A stretch of DNA of 64,000 nucleotides from Squalus acanthias (GCA_030390025.1 CM059432.1:19284001-19348000); one strand, 5' to 3'; positions 26,753 to 39,974 are shown, counted from the stretch's first letter. Numbers and translations: made by a program. The notes: a model not told the origin generated them from the letters alone.

Positions 26753-27330
26753 ACAAAACCATCTGTGGAGCAGAAAACAAAAGCTTGGAATCAGGCATTT
26801 ACTGATTCTGGAGAGATGAACAATCGCTTGTCATTATATAACATTACCATAATTCCTACTGCTGCTGCGGTTAAAAATGGACATCTGAAATTTAAAATAT
26901 TTATTGGGAGATTTAACAAGAGTAGCATTTTGCCAGTGATTATAAATGTTGTGTGTGCTGCCCCTCTGCATATTGTCGAAATAGGAAGGGTTTGGAGAAA
27001 AATTAGTTTTACTTCTTTGGGGCAGTACATATTCATTTCTGAGACCTGGATTTGAATCTATGGATTAGATAAAAGTCTCCACTATGAGTACAGCACAAAT
27101 CTTTCCAATATATGCACCTCATTTCATCTAGTCACTTCCGTGTCTATCCCAAGGTACGGGTCATTTCCAATGCTGTGAATAGCACAACAGTAATTTACTT
27201 CCACACCGAGTGATTCATACCCCATTCACTTTACAGGGTCGCCTCTGACAGCAAGATAGCTGTCTGCGGAGACCCTGCAAACAATTAGATTAAGACTGTT
27301 GTTACAATACTTGACCATGGCAAACACTAA

Positions 27331-28184
27331 GGCCGCGATTTTTCCGGTCGATGCGGCTTGGGGGCGGGACAGCTTCCTTCCGGTTTCCAGTCCCACCCCC
27401 AACGACGTCCGATGCACAGACGCGATTTTACGTCAATTGGCCTTGTTAAGCCCACCCTGCGGGCTTGCCGGCCAATTAAGAGAAAGCCGGTGTCAGATGA
27501 CGTCAGTTGATGATGCGTCATCTGCTGGTTTTCTTTTTTGACAGTTGATTTTTCAGTGTTTGACAGCATTGAGACACTGCAAACACTGACAATCACTGTA
27601 CAAAGGTGAGCCCTTGAACCCAGGCCCTCCAGTGACTCCCTCCTTAGGCTAGAATAGATGGCAGCTGCAGGTGAGGTTACAGAAGTGATCTGTCACTGGT
27701 GAGAGAGGTTCTCCCAATGAGGTGGGCCTACACAAACAGTTCAAACCTTGTCACCTACAGAAAAGTCTAAATACATTAAAAATGATTTTCCCAACATTTT
27801 CTTACCTCTGAAACTCACCAGTGCACCATTGGATCCTTCACACCACTTCTGCAGCTGTCATCAATGCAGAAACATTACAGTAGACCCACAGCATGCCACA
27901 CTTACCTGGCGTGGTGTCTGGACATCGGGAAGCCTGCAGTAGAAGTGTCAAAATTGCAAAAAGCCTCTTAACTGCCTGTTAACTACCTGTTAAAAGGCAG
28001 TTAAATGGCTATAATCCTCTTCCCACCGCTAGGTGTCGGGTCCCTGCGCAAATCGGGGACCCGACACCTGGGAAGATTGTCTGGAGGCGGGTTGACAGCA
28101 GGTTTCCGACCCGCTGTCAATCTGCGATTTTGTCGGATGTCCCGCCTCCAAACCCGCCACCTGAGCGCTAGCAAAATTCCGGCC
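27331..28184. mobile_element. Harbinger MITE (854 bp), direct paralogue of 24737-25611
   Basis: TIRs GGCCGCGATTTT / AAAATTCCGGCC; flanks TAA/TTA. Confidence 0.92.
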
Positions 28185-28627
28185 TTAAGATTCCAGCCAT
28201 AGTTTTGAGTTCAAAAAACGATTGACATATGGAAAAGCTTTTATTGCCATATAAACACGAAACAAGCCAGTGAGCGCTCCCACTGAGTACTGTTGATGTG
28301 TTAAATAAACTGCGCCAGGAAAAATGGATGTTAGTTTGGATTCTGGAAACAACGCTGCAGGTTCAGTGTCCCTGGGCCAGGGACAGTTGGCCAGGGATTA
28401 TGCTCCAGATCTCTACCCAGTGAGTCTTACTGGAAAGTGTGTACACTAGGTAAGCACAGATTTTACCCTCCACAGACTTAAAGCCTACCGACATTCACTC
28501 TCTAGGCTTAAGTATGAAGAACAGTGATTGGGGTAGCGGTTGTGAAATTTGCGATTTATTTGCAAAGCATAAAAGAGTACCAGTTGGGGCCAGTCGCAGC
28601 TTAGGTTTAGAAAACGTTGGTTTGGGC

Positions 28628-28678
28628 TCTCATTGACTACAGTATCTCATTGACTACAGTATCTCATTGACTACAGTA
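28628..28678. repeat. 17-bp tandem repeat, 3 copies
   Basis: (TCTCATTGACTACAGTA)3, perfect. Confidence 0.9.
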
Positions 28679-29209
28679 GTCAGTAATATTTCAAAAGGGC
28701 TCAGCTGCCTCATTCTAATTAACATAATTAGTTCATTCTCTTTGAAGGCAATGAATTATCCTCAGTACTGTGCAAACTTATATCCTGTAGCAGCTAGAAC
28801 ATTTCTGCAAATTTTAAGTAAGACGTTTTTCTGTAGATTAATGTGAGGCAGAATTGCGATTTTGCCCTATTAGGTTTGCAGTAATACTTAACGGCTAGTG
28901 TAACCCACATCAAAGATGGATTCTACTTGCTTTATTAAAATCCAAAATGGCTACTCAGAGACACTTTAGCCTCATCATTACCTCTCGGGTTTTTGGTACT
29001 TTAAGTTGTGGTGGAGTCTAATTATATACATCCTGCATGCTCTGGCCTGTACAGAGTGAAGACTGATTGCAGCTGAGATTCCAATCAATGGGCGGGAGTT
29101 TTCTGGAGACTCGTGTCATTGGAATGGTGCATCTATGACGTGGGGTCCATTTTCAGGATAATCGTCCCAGGAAGTTATGACGTAAGTGAGATATGCCATT
29201 ATTCACACT

Positions 29210-30960
29210 GAATCATGGAATCGTAGAATCATAGAATGGTTACAGCACAGAAGGAGGCCATTCGGCCCGTCGAGCCTGTGCCGGCTCTTTGCAAGAGCAC
29301 TTCAGCTAGTCTCACTCCCCCGCGCTTTCCCCCTAGCCCTGCAAAAAATTTTCCTTTAGGTACTTATCCAACTCCCTTTTGAAAGCCACGATTGAATCTG
29401 CCTCCACCACCCTTTCCGGCAGTGTATTACAGATGCTAATCACTCGCTGTGTAAAAAAGTTTTTCCTTATGTTGCCTTTGGTTCTTCTGCCAACCACCTT
29501 AAATCTGTGTCCTCTGGTTCTCGACCCTTCTGCCAATGGGAACAGTTCCTCGCTATCTACTCTGTCCAGACCCCTCATGATTTTGAACACCTCTAGCAAA
29601 TCTCCTCTCAAACTTCTCTACTCTAAGGAGAACAACTCCAGCTTCTCTAGCCTAGCCATGTAACTGAAGTCTCTCATTCCTGGAACCATTCTTGTAAATC
29701 TTTTCTGCACCCTCTCTAAGGCCTTCACATCCTTCCTAAAATGCGGTGTCCAGAATTGGACACAATACTCCAGTTGAGGCCGATCCAGTGTTTTTATAAA
29801 GGTTCATCATAACTTGCTTTTGTACTCTATGCCTCTATTTATAAAGCCCAGGATCCCGTATGCTTTTTTAACCACTTTCTCAACCTGCCCTGTCACCTAC
29901 AATGATTTGTGTACATATACCCCCAGGTCTCTCTGTTCATGCACGCCCTTTAGAATTGTACCCTTTAGTTTATATTGCCTCTCCTCATTCTTCCTACCAA
30001 AATGTATCACTTCACACTTTCTGCGTTAAATTTCATCTGCTACGTGTCCGCCCATTCCACCAGCCTGTCTATGTCATTTTGAAGTCTATCACTATCCTCC
30101 TCACTGTTCACTATAATTTTCAGTTTTGTGTCATCTTCAGATTTTGAAATTGTGCCCTGTACACCCAACACTAAGTCATTAATATATATCAAGAAAAGCA
30201 GTGGTCCTAGTACCAACCCCTGGGCAACACCAATGTATACCTTCCTCCAGTCCGATAAACAACCATTCACCACTACTCTGTTTCCTGTCACTTAGCCAAT
30301 TTCATATTCATGCTGCCACTGTCCCTTTTATTCCATGGGCTTCAACTTTGCTGGCAAGCCTATTATGTGGCACTTTATCAAACGCCTTTTGGAAGTCCAT
30401 GTACACCACATCAACCGCATTGCCCTCATCAACCCTTTCTATTACCTCATCAAAAAACTCAATCAAGGTAGCTAAACATGATTTGCCTTTAACAAATCCG
30501 TGCTGGCTTTCCTTAATTAATCCACATTTGTCCAAGTGACTGTTAATTTTGTCCCGGACTATCGTTTCTAAAAGCTTCCCCACTACTGAGGTTAAACTGA
30601 CTGGCCTGTAGTTGCTGGGTTTATCCTTACACCCTTTTTTGAACAAGGGTGTAACATTTGCAGTTCTCCAGTCCTCTGGCACCACCCCCGTATCTAAGGA
30701 GCATTGAAAGATTATGGCCAGTATCTCTGCAATTTCACCTTTACTTCCCTCAGCATCCTAGGATGCATCCCATCCGGTCCTGGTGCCTTATCTACTTTAA
30801 GTACAGCCAGCTTTTGGATTCCCTTTTATGTTAGCTGCCAATCTATTCTCATGCTCTCTCTTTGCCCCTCTTATTTCCTTTTTCACTTCCCCTCTGAACT
30901 TTCTATATTCAGCCTGGTTCTCACTTGTATTCGCAACCTGACATATGTCATACTGCATCA
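29210..30960 (-). mobile_element. 5'-truncated CR1 LINE
   Basis: VPEDWRTANVTPLFKKG, NYRPVSLTS, MDFQKAFD; (CATAGAAT)n tail. Confidence 0.95.
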
Positions 30961-31099
30961 TAATTTCCTGGGACTTCTGCGCTGTTCCACTGAAACCCTC
31001 ACCAAAAGTGTGAAAAGTTGATTATCGTAGCTCCGCTTCTCAATCAAGTCAATGGCTATTGTGAAATTCCTGAATTTAACTAGTTTTCTTGTTGCAGCC

Positions 31100-32689
31100 A
31101 CTTAGACTGAAAAATAATGGCGCGGGGCGGTGAGGGGGGGCAGGGGGGAACGGGGTGCCCTTACTCACCTGGCAGCAATGTGATTCATGCCTCTCACATG
31201 AATCTCAGCCTGGAAAAAACATTAAAGCTTTGGTGCTTCATCTCTGTGGTGTGGAATTGATCTCTAAGATTATTTTCTCTGCTTCTGTTACTGAGATCTT
31301 CAGTTTTGCCAGTTCTGTCATTCAGAGTCCTATAATAAATTCAGGATTCCCACCCCTCTCAATGCGTTTTGAAGGTCAAAGGGTGGTAATGGCCTTTCCA
31401 CTGGACATTCTGCTATTATCACGGATGAGGAGGAGGAGGAGCAGAACCATAGCTGGAGACTGTACTGAGCACGTTACTAGCCCGTACCCAAAGAGTATAC
31501 ATGGAACAAATATCATACCAGGAGCTTTACATGCATTTCACAAAGAAAGCAATTAGCCACCTCTGTAAAATGCTGCATGAAGACCTGAAGCCGTGGTCTA
31601 CTTCCCGCATGGGATGGATCCGTCAAAATGAAGGTGACCATGGCCCTCAGTTTTCATAGCTCTGCTTCTTTCCAGTTATCCTCTGGAGATCTCTGCAAGA
31701 TCAGCCAGCAAACTGTGAGGGCCTGTATTTGACAGGTGACAGATGCCCTCCTCCACAGAACATCAGACTTCATTGGACGGCATGTTCCCTTTGGAGCAAA
31801 GAGCCAGGGCCATCAGCTTCCATAGGCTTGCTGGCTTCCCCAGGATGGGACCCACGTCTCACTGAAGGCTTCACGTGAGGAACCTGTCACATTTAACACC
31901 AGGAAGGGGTTCCACTCGCTAAATGTGCAAATTGTCTGCGATGCCCAACAAAGGATTCTGCGTGTAACCTCTGACCAGCGGGTTAACTGTCACGACACCT
32001 TCTATGAATTATTCAGCAGAGAGGGACAAGGGGCAAAATTCTGGGGGACAAGGCCAATACCTTGAAGCCCTGACTGCTGACACTTTTCCGCGACACCGAC
32101 ATTGCGGCACAGGAAAGGTACAACTGCACACACGGCAACCCGGCAGGTGATGGAGAGGACCATCGTGCGCTGAAAGATCGCTTCAGGTGCCTGGTCAGGC
32201 CATGGTGGGTCCTACATTACACCCCTGATAAATGGCAAGGATTGTAGTGGTGGGCTACGCACTGCCCTATATCGCTCTGCGGGAAGGGCTCAGCCTGGAT
32301 TTAGCAGACGAGATGCCCGCAGAACCGTTGGATTTCGACCTGCATGTTCCCAAAGCCCAGGGGTGGTGGCCCCTCCTGCGTCCACAGCCGCCAGGGCAGC
32401 CAGAGAGCAGCCAGTGGCACAGGTGTTCGGCCAGTGATGTTGGCTGATGCTGGCTTCGGAGCATCCCATTGCACTTTGCCTCCTCCTCTCAGGTCCTAAC
32501 TGCGGCTGGCTTCGCATCAGAGCCGGCCACAATTGGTCAGGCCCCGACCAGTGAGCTGCATCGGCCGATTGGCGTCCACAGGTCCCCTGTTGAATGCAGT
32601 GAGGCCTCAGGCTAACATCTTTAGCCGCGAGTTTCAATTGCACCACCCATTTGGTGTTTGCAAACTGGTGCGAGTTGAATTTCTTCCCC
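31100..32689 (+). pseudogene. Old decayed Harbinger with transposase remnant (coding about 31430-32330)
   Basis: KVTMALSF..SASFQ..GDLCKISQ, DGTHV, RKGFHSLNVQIVCD, KDRFRCL across many frameshifts; TIR-like GAATTTCTTCCCC end. Confidence 0.8.
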
Positions 32690-33361
32690 TACATTCTCAG
32701 CAGAGGGTTGTGCTCACAGGGAGTGCAGGTCGGAAAAGTGAGGCGGCAATGTTATAGTCCTATTTCCAACACTTTGAGGGCAGCTACTCCACTGGCAGTG
32801 TGGAATTAGGCATAGAAACAAATAAATCTTCCTGTGTTCTTCAGCTGTGAGGCTGTGGATTTCACTTCCAGGATCAGTAGTTGAAGCAGAAACTATGGAT
32901 GCAAATTTTATTCCTCTGAGGGGGCAGGTTTGGAGGCGGGTCTGTTGCGAAAATCGGAGAAATTGGGGGCGGGCTGCGAACCCGCCTCCATCCCGCCTCC
33001 ACGCAACTTTCGGAAGTATTGGGTCAGCAGCTCCTAAACTGACCCGACACCAAACGGCGGGACAGGTTGTTAAGCCAGTCATTAACTGGCAGGATAATCC
33101 TATTTTAAACGGCTGATGAGATTTTTGAGGTTTTTCAACATGTTGCCCACCTTCATTAAAAGACGTCTGTTGAATCGAGTCGGCTTAAAAGCGGTCCTGC
33201 AAACTCTCATTCTTTCACATGCTACAACTTAGTGCTTTGAGGTTGGGAGACATTTAGCAGCTCTACTAATCTTCTGAGTGTGACCTCCTTGGAATACTCT
33301 CTGGCCACTTTGAATGAGCACACACAACCTCCATTCCTCCACTGAGACATATACCAGCGGG

Positions 33362-34555
33362 ATGGGAACCATTTATATCCTCTCATCCTGGTCATCAGAT
33401 TCAGATGAACAGCAGCCGCGACAGCAGCGCAACCAGGTATAGCAGCAGCACCAACAGCAGGAGCGCCAACCTTCTCCTCAGCCACCTGATGATGCACAGG
33501 GCAGAGGGTCATCAGCGCCGGCACCTCGCCGCAGGAGATACCCCCAACACTGGGTTTACAGGCAGAGGATGAGTTTCCTCAACATGAGTGAGCAGCAGTG
33601 CCGAAGGAGGCTGAGACTTTCGCGAGACGTCATCGCTGACATCTGCACAATGTTGCACCAGCACCTGGAGCCCAGAGGAACGTGTAGACACTCCTTACCA
33701 GTGGCGGTCAAAGTCAGCACCGTACTCAACTTATTTGCTTCGGGCTCCTTCGAGGGATCATCTGCAGACATCAGCGGCAACTCCCAGTCGGCCACACACA
33801 CCTGCATCACGCAGGTTACCGATGCCCTCTTTGCAAAGGTGCATAATTACATCCATTTCTCTATGGATGAAGCAAGTTTAACTTTGCGTGTGCTTGGCTT
33901 TGCAAATATGACAGGCTTCCCAAGGGTGCAGGGCATCGTAGACTGCACACATGTGGCCATTAGGGCACCCCATCATAACCCAGCTGTATTTGTCAACCGC
34001 AAGGGCTTCCACTCACTTCACATCCAGCTGGTTGTAACTACAGGAACATCATCACACATGTTTGCACCAAGTACCCTGGTAGTTGCCATGACTCCTTGAT
34101 CCTGCGCCAGTCTACTGTGCTTCAGCTCTTCAATTCGCCAGCCCAACTTTCCAGATGGCTATTTGGCGACGAGGGCTATCCCCTGAAAAAGTGGCTCATG
34201 ACACCGATGAGGAGGCCACCAGTAGCATCATAGAGCAAACATTCGGCTTTCTCCAAAAGCGATTCCGATGCCTCGACAGATCTGCTGGAGCCCTGCAGAA
34301 TGCACCAGCCACGGTGTTCAGAATCATCGTCGTCTGCGGTGCCCTGCACAACATCGCACAGCAGTGTGGCTTAGCGTTCCCTGAGGAACAAGTGGCACAG
34401 CGCAGAGCATCCTCAAAGAGGAGGAGGACGAGGAGGATGAGGACTAAGACGAGGAGGCACGCCTTGGGGGGCCGGATGTGGCCAAAGCAGCAGCCCTCGA
34501 GCACATTGCTGGCCGTCACACAAGGGATGCACTCATCCATGCCAGATTCGCGTAA
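33362..34555 (+). pseudogene. Harbinger DDE transposase (HARBI1-like, DDE_Tnp_4), disrupted
   Basis: [44 protein letters not shown]; one TAG in the Q-rich leader, frameshifts and a short deletion before the catalytic E. Confidence 0.93.
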
Positions 34556-34855
34556 GCTTACACTTCAGCCACAGGTGGCTAGCATATGGCTATGAATGTG
34601 TGGACGACTTTCTTAAAACACCACACATCATCTCTCCAATAAACAGTGCTTTCCTATCACTCTCAGCATCATCATTACAAATGCAAGTCGTCCTGAGGCC
34701 TCAACGTGTAACTTCCATTTCCCAGAACACATAGGCCAGACCTTCAACTGTTTGCCATAACTTTTGTTTACTACATTCACAAAATTATGACAATGCAAAA
34801 TATTACAGAGAATCAAATACAACTGAATAAAACATCCAAATGACTCCCCTTGTAA

Positions 34856-36771
34856 CTACTTGTGTTTTATCTTCCTCTTACTTGTGCTTCTACGTGGTGC
34901 TTCCCCTGTGGCTTCAGCAGATGTAGAGGCACCTTGCTGACTTTGATGCGGCGCCTGCTTAGACGCCTTTGGCGGGTGTCCTCTGGGTTTGGGAGCCTGG
35001 GAGGGCTCTGCAACAGTCTGCTCTTCCTGTGGCTGTGCAGGGGCTGAAACGGCCATTTCAGTTGGGTGTGCAATGTGGGTCTGTGAGCGAAGGCTCTGCA
35101 GTGGCATGGTCGTGTGAGCGCTTGGAGAGGAGCCCACACATCCTTGTTGCCTGCCACCAACATCCCTCTCATGGGTCAGCCGCAATTCAGTGCTGGCAAG
35201 TGGCTGGAGAGCACCTTGCTGCAGATCGGGGGGGGCGGGGGGCGCCATGAGGACCCATATCTGTACTAACAGTCCTCATAACAAGGAAGTCCATGAAGCT
35301 CTGGTGTCTCTCCAAAATATATGCCCATCTGTCCTCCATAGCTGACAATCTATTTTGAAGAGTCACCATGTTTTCGTTAGCCTGGCGACTTATGCCCTCC
35401 ATGGTGGTTGCCACCCTCTCCATGGCAGAACGATCATGCGTCATTGCCTCCACAAAGGCAGTGCTCATGTTAGAGATGGACTCCTCCATTCTCTCTACAC
35501 TCGCTGTTACCCTGGATGCAAACCCTCTCACAGACTCCTGCACTTGTTCCTGGAGTTCCAGCACCGCTCTCTTTCTGGATGGCCCCAGAGGCACAGCGTC
35601 TGCATGCAGCTGAGCAGAGCTAGGAGAGTCCTGCGACCTCCGACGAGGACTCTCCACTGCTGTCGCTGTCTCCACTATCTGCTGATGCTCACTTGTGAGC
35701 TGTGATACACCAGGTGACAACACTACTCTAAATCGCGAGGGCCCCGCCGAGGTGTGCGTATCTGCGCTGGTGCTAGGTGGGTTGAGTAATGGTGACGCTG
35801 CTCCCTCAGAGGCTGCAGGCTCCTCTGAGGTGTCGTCTGGCTATTCCTCCTGGACAGTGGGGAGGGGGGCGCTCGATGGTCCTGTGGGAGAGTAAAGGCA
35901 TGAATTTGACATCTGATTTTGATGCAGCAGACACATCCTTTGGTGCAGATGATACAAAGCGAATCTCTATGAACATCATATGCCATTGTAGTCAATCATT
36001 AAATGTAAATGAGTGGGATCAAACTCTATTCTGTCACCAGCTTTGTCTAGTGTGCCCATCTCTCCATCGCCCACTTCCAGATCTTTGTCACCTCTGACGA
36101 TTTCGTGCGCAGCCTCCTCAGTACTTGTCAAAGATGCAAGGGTTGGTATGCCTCCTCCTGCTTGTGCTTTCTCCCTCTTATTGTGGGCTACCTTTTCCTG
36201 CAAGGAGGGACACAAGCGGAGTTTCAACCACAGTGATGGAGTGAGTGTGAAGAATCCCTAACATAGAAGCTTAGAGGGAGACCAAAATGGAGTGAGGTGC
36301 CAAGAGGAAGCTAGCTCCCTGTGCATTGTTAGTTGTTGTCAATGCATAACAGTGAGAGCGAGTCTGAGGGGTGCATAGGCAGGATGCTGAAGTGATTCAG
36401 TACACAGAAAGAGATGGATTGGTAAGGGTGCAAGGGAAGTAAGGGTAAGGTGGGATGTGGAGGAGCAGGCTTACAAAGCAGAGTGCTGATGATAAGAGAA
36501 GGGAAGCAGATTGAAGGTAAATGTGATGTGATACTCACTTTTGATAATCGCAGAAGATCATTAAACCGTTTCCGGCACTGGGTCCAGGTGTGTGAACAAA
36601 CGGACCTTGCGCTGACCTCCTCAGCAATGTGCAGCCAGGCTGCCTTGGTTTGCTGAGGAGGCTTCCTCCAGCCATCCGCAGGGAACAGAATCTCCCTCTA
36701 ATTCCCTCCACAAGAGCTTGGAGAGACTCCTCATTGAACCGTGGAGCAGCCTTCGGTTTCGATGAACTCAT
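34856..36771 (-). pseudogene. Harbinger Myb/SANT-like protein, 3 exons (36771-36539, 36197-36038, 35881-34856), disrupted
   Basis: KAAPRFNEESLQALVEGI, AAWLHIAEEVS..WTQCRKRFNDL, coiled-coil-like region, basic C-terminus PRRSTSKRKIKHK; GT-AG introns. Confidence 0.9.
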
Positions 36772-37539
36772 TGTGGTCTTGCCAATTCCAGATTCCAGCA
36801 GAATCAATAAATTCAAGGCTGAGGCTGCATGGGGCCCTTAAAAACATCCGCTCTAATGACGTCATCAGAGGCGACTAACAGACCCGATCCCAGTCATTGG
36901 ACCGGCCAACGCGCACCACGCAACTTAAGGGGCCAATTAAACAAAAATCTCAGCTGGGGATCGGATGCAGCCGGCAGCAGGTCTGGACCCTGCCCACCAC
37001 GTAACCCAACTCCAAGCCGCCTGCTGAAATAAAATCGCGGCCTAAGGCTACATTCAAGAATAGATTAGATAGGTTGATGAAGGAAAAGGGGATAAAGGGA
37101 TATGGGAACAGAGTGCCTAAATGTGATTGGAACTATTTTCTCATGTGGAGGGTAAACACCGACACCGTGTGATTGGGCCAAATGGCCTGTTGTTCGTGTT
37201 GTAACTTCTATATATTTCTATGAGTAGATAGGTTAGTTCTTTTGATTAGTCTACTGTTTGTTTTCAGATCTTGGTTCTAGTGTAACAGATCAGTCTCTTC
37301 TGGCATGTAAGTGGCACTGCCATGCAGCGTGGCAAGATGTGGCTTGTTTCTTTTCAGTGATTGCTCTGATTGATGATTCCCTGATCTTTGAAGTTGCTCG
37401 GTGAAGCAGTGATGCTCTCAACAGTGGGACAGGAGGATCTTCGCACCTCCAATCTAGCGTACCGTACAGCTCATCATGACTGTGCTGGCTCCGAGACAGA
37501 CCAATTCCATTACCCCTAACCGTCCCCTATACCCTTTCT

Positions 37540-38300
37540 TTTTTCAAATACCTATTCATTTACCTTTTAAAAGCTGTTATGGATTTTGCTTTCACCGCTG
37601 TTTCTGGTCGGGCATTCCATGTCATAGAATCATAGAATCATAGAAATTTACAGCACGGAAGGAGGCCATTTCAGCCCAAAGAGCTCTCCAGCCTAATCCC
37701 ACTTTCCAGCTCTTGGTCCGTAGCCCTGTAGGTTACGGCATTTCAAGTGCATATCCAAGCACTTTTTAAATGTGATGAGGGTTTCTGCCTCTACCACCCT
37801 TTCAGGCAGTGAGTTCCAGACCCCCACCACCCTCTGGGTGAAGAAAGTTCCCCACCACTCCCCTCTAAACCACCTACCAATTACTTTAAATCTATGTCCC
37901 CTGGTTATTGACCCCTCTGCTAAGGGAAATAGGTCCTTCCTATCCACTCTATTTAGGCCCCTCAGAATTTTCCTCTGCATTCAAATCAACTAACTTCTCT
38001 CTTTGCTTTTTTACATCATTTTAAATTCATAGTTACTCTCTCACTGACCAGAGGAAATAGGTTTTCTATATTTACCATATCAAAACTCAATCATTTTGAA
38101 CACTTCTGTCAGATCCCCTCTTGATCTCTGTTCTACTTAAAAGAGCCCAATTTTCTCTATTCATAACTAAAGCCTTTCACCACTGGTATCATGATCTTGA
38201 CAACCTTTCTAAATTAGGCCATCCAAAATTGGACAAAGTATTCCGATTGTGCCTTTCAAAGAAGGTCCAAGAAAATCAAAAGAACTACTTGTATTCAAGA
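37540..38300 (-). mobile_element. Nested CR1 3' fragments (younger copy about 37623-37965)
   Basis: (CATAGAAT)n tail; FFTQRVVGVWNSLPERVVEAE. Confidence 0.85.
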
Positions 38301-39307
38301 TCATTACTATGTCATACAAGTGAAGATATATGAGTTCTTGAGTATTAAGGGATGGGCCATAAGTGCGAGCAGTTGTAACTGTGGAAGATTGTCTGAATCC
38401 TAGCAAGTGTTAAAGGAACAATTCCCAGAAACAACCATTATTCTTCGTTCCCAGATCCCAAGATCTAATAAGGGGAATCCAACTTCTATGTGGTTTTAGG
38501 AGCATCCTGCTACCCGCCAGTTCATTTATATTTTAACAGTGTAGCAAAAGCTAAGCAAAAAAAAGAGCTGTCTAGGAGCATAGTCTGTTTCAGTTCAGTC
38601 CACAATTACTACACTATTCAAATTACCTTGCAAAATGGGAAACGAGGGGCAACTCCAGGCTTGTGCTAATAAACTAAATCACACATCAATTGCATACTCA
38701 ATCCACTGATGCTCATGAAGACTGGTATCAGACCACTGCCCACAAATATAATCTTCAGAAGCAATTCTTTTGTATGTAAATTCATTTTTAAAAAGGCTTC
38801 ATTTAACCCCATAGAGAAATCAATATAAAATGAACGAGCGCCTTGATAACTGAAAAGTAGTCAGCTTGGGTAAAGGTCTGTGTAATGGTCTATTACAGGA
38901 GCAAATCTGGTATGTGGAGCACACATTTGTTGATGTACTTAACGGTTTCCCAGACATGAAGTAATTACAAGAAAATTGCACATCTTTCTTTGTACTTATC
39001 AAAGTGGGAATGATAGCATCAAATTGTGGAACATTTTAATATTGACTGTATTCTCAGTGGGTTGTTTTGCTTTCACTTCAACTCTGTTACTCTGTAATTA
39101 GTTCACTTCCACTCTGTAGTCAGCTTACTCCCATTCCACAGTTGCGTGCTCTGCCATCCCCAGTCTTCAGTCTTTCCGTTCCTTTCCAGCTCAACTCTCG
39201 ATTCCTGCTTCCTCCCTGACCCGAAGTGTTACTCTGGTAATCAACTTCTTTGGAAGGGATTTGAGGATTAGGTTGATGCCTCAGAGAAACGTTTTTATCT
39301 TTACCCC

Positions 39308-39387
39308 CAGAGAGAGACCAGAGAGAGAGAGAGAAAGAGGGGAGGAGTGAGAGAGAGAGAGAAAGAGAGAGAGAGAGGGGAGGAGCA

Positions 39388-39421
<34 letters not shown>

Positions 39422-39459
39422 GGGAGGAGTGAGAGAGAGAGAGAGAGAGGGGAGGAGCA

Positions 39460-39493
<34 letters not shown>

Positions 39494-39800
39494 GGGAGGA
39501 GTGAGAGAGAGAGAAAAAGAGAGAGCGAGAGGGGAGGATCGAGAGAGAAAGAGAGAGAGAGGGGAGGAGTGAGAGAGAGAGAGAGAAAGAGGGATGGAGT
39601 GAGAGAGAGAGTGAGAAAGAGAGAGAGAGAGGAGAGGAGCGAGCGAGAGAGAGAGAGAGAGAGAGAGAGGGGAGGAGTGAGAGAGAGAAAAGAGAGAGAG
39701 AGAGGAGAGGATCGAGAGAGAAAGAGAGAGAGGGGAGGAGTGAGAGAGAGAGAGAGAGAAACATGGGAGGAGTGAGAGAGAGAGAAAGAGAGAGAGTGAC
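39308..39800. repeat. Polypurine (GA)n microsatellite with higher-order GGGGAGGAG(T/C) units
   Basis: About 490 bp of almost pure G/A on the plus strand. Confidence 0.97.
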
Positions 39801-39974
39801 TATGGGTCATTTCTGCAGCTATCAGATGGTTAGGAGCCTCAAGTCCAGCTCTGGATCTCTGTGGGAAGTGAAAGGAAGAGTGAGAGACAGAGAGGAGCGA
39901 GAAAGAGGAAGAAAGAGACACAAATACAGAAAATACATGAGAAGCATTCAGAGTAAGGAATGTACAGAAAGAAA

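Larger units (their letters stand above)
32897..37042. mobile_element. Near-complete two-gene PIF/Harbinger transposon (4146 bp) inserted in a CR1 3' end
   Basis: Imperfect TIRs GGATGCAAATTTTATT / AATAAAATCGCGGCC; flanks TAT/TAA; removal rejoins CR1 peptide SVVEAETM|ATFKNRLD. Confidence 0.93.

Noticed and set aside
24737..28184. Two direct repeats of about 860 bp as LTRs of one retroelement
   Set aside because: Each has its own TIRs and 3-bp flanks; no TG..CA ends or gag-pol between them
28628..28678. CRISPR-like repeats (also 42341-42440 and 51901-51945)
   Set aside because: Head-to-tail tandem repeats without unique spacers, no cas genes, eukaryotic context
33362..36771. Domesticated host HARBI1, NAIF1 or MSANTD genes
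   Set aside because: Enclosed by TIRs, multi-copy, and disrupted by stops and frameshifts
39120..39921. Ser/Leu- and Arg/Glu-rich ORFs
   Set aside because: Translations of the GA microsatellite
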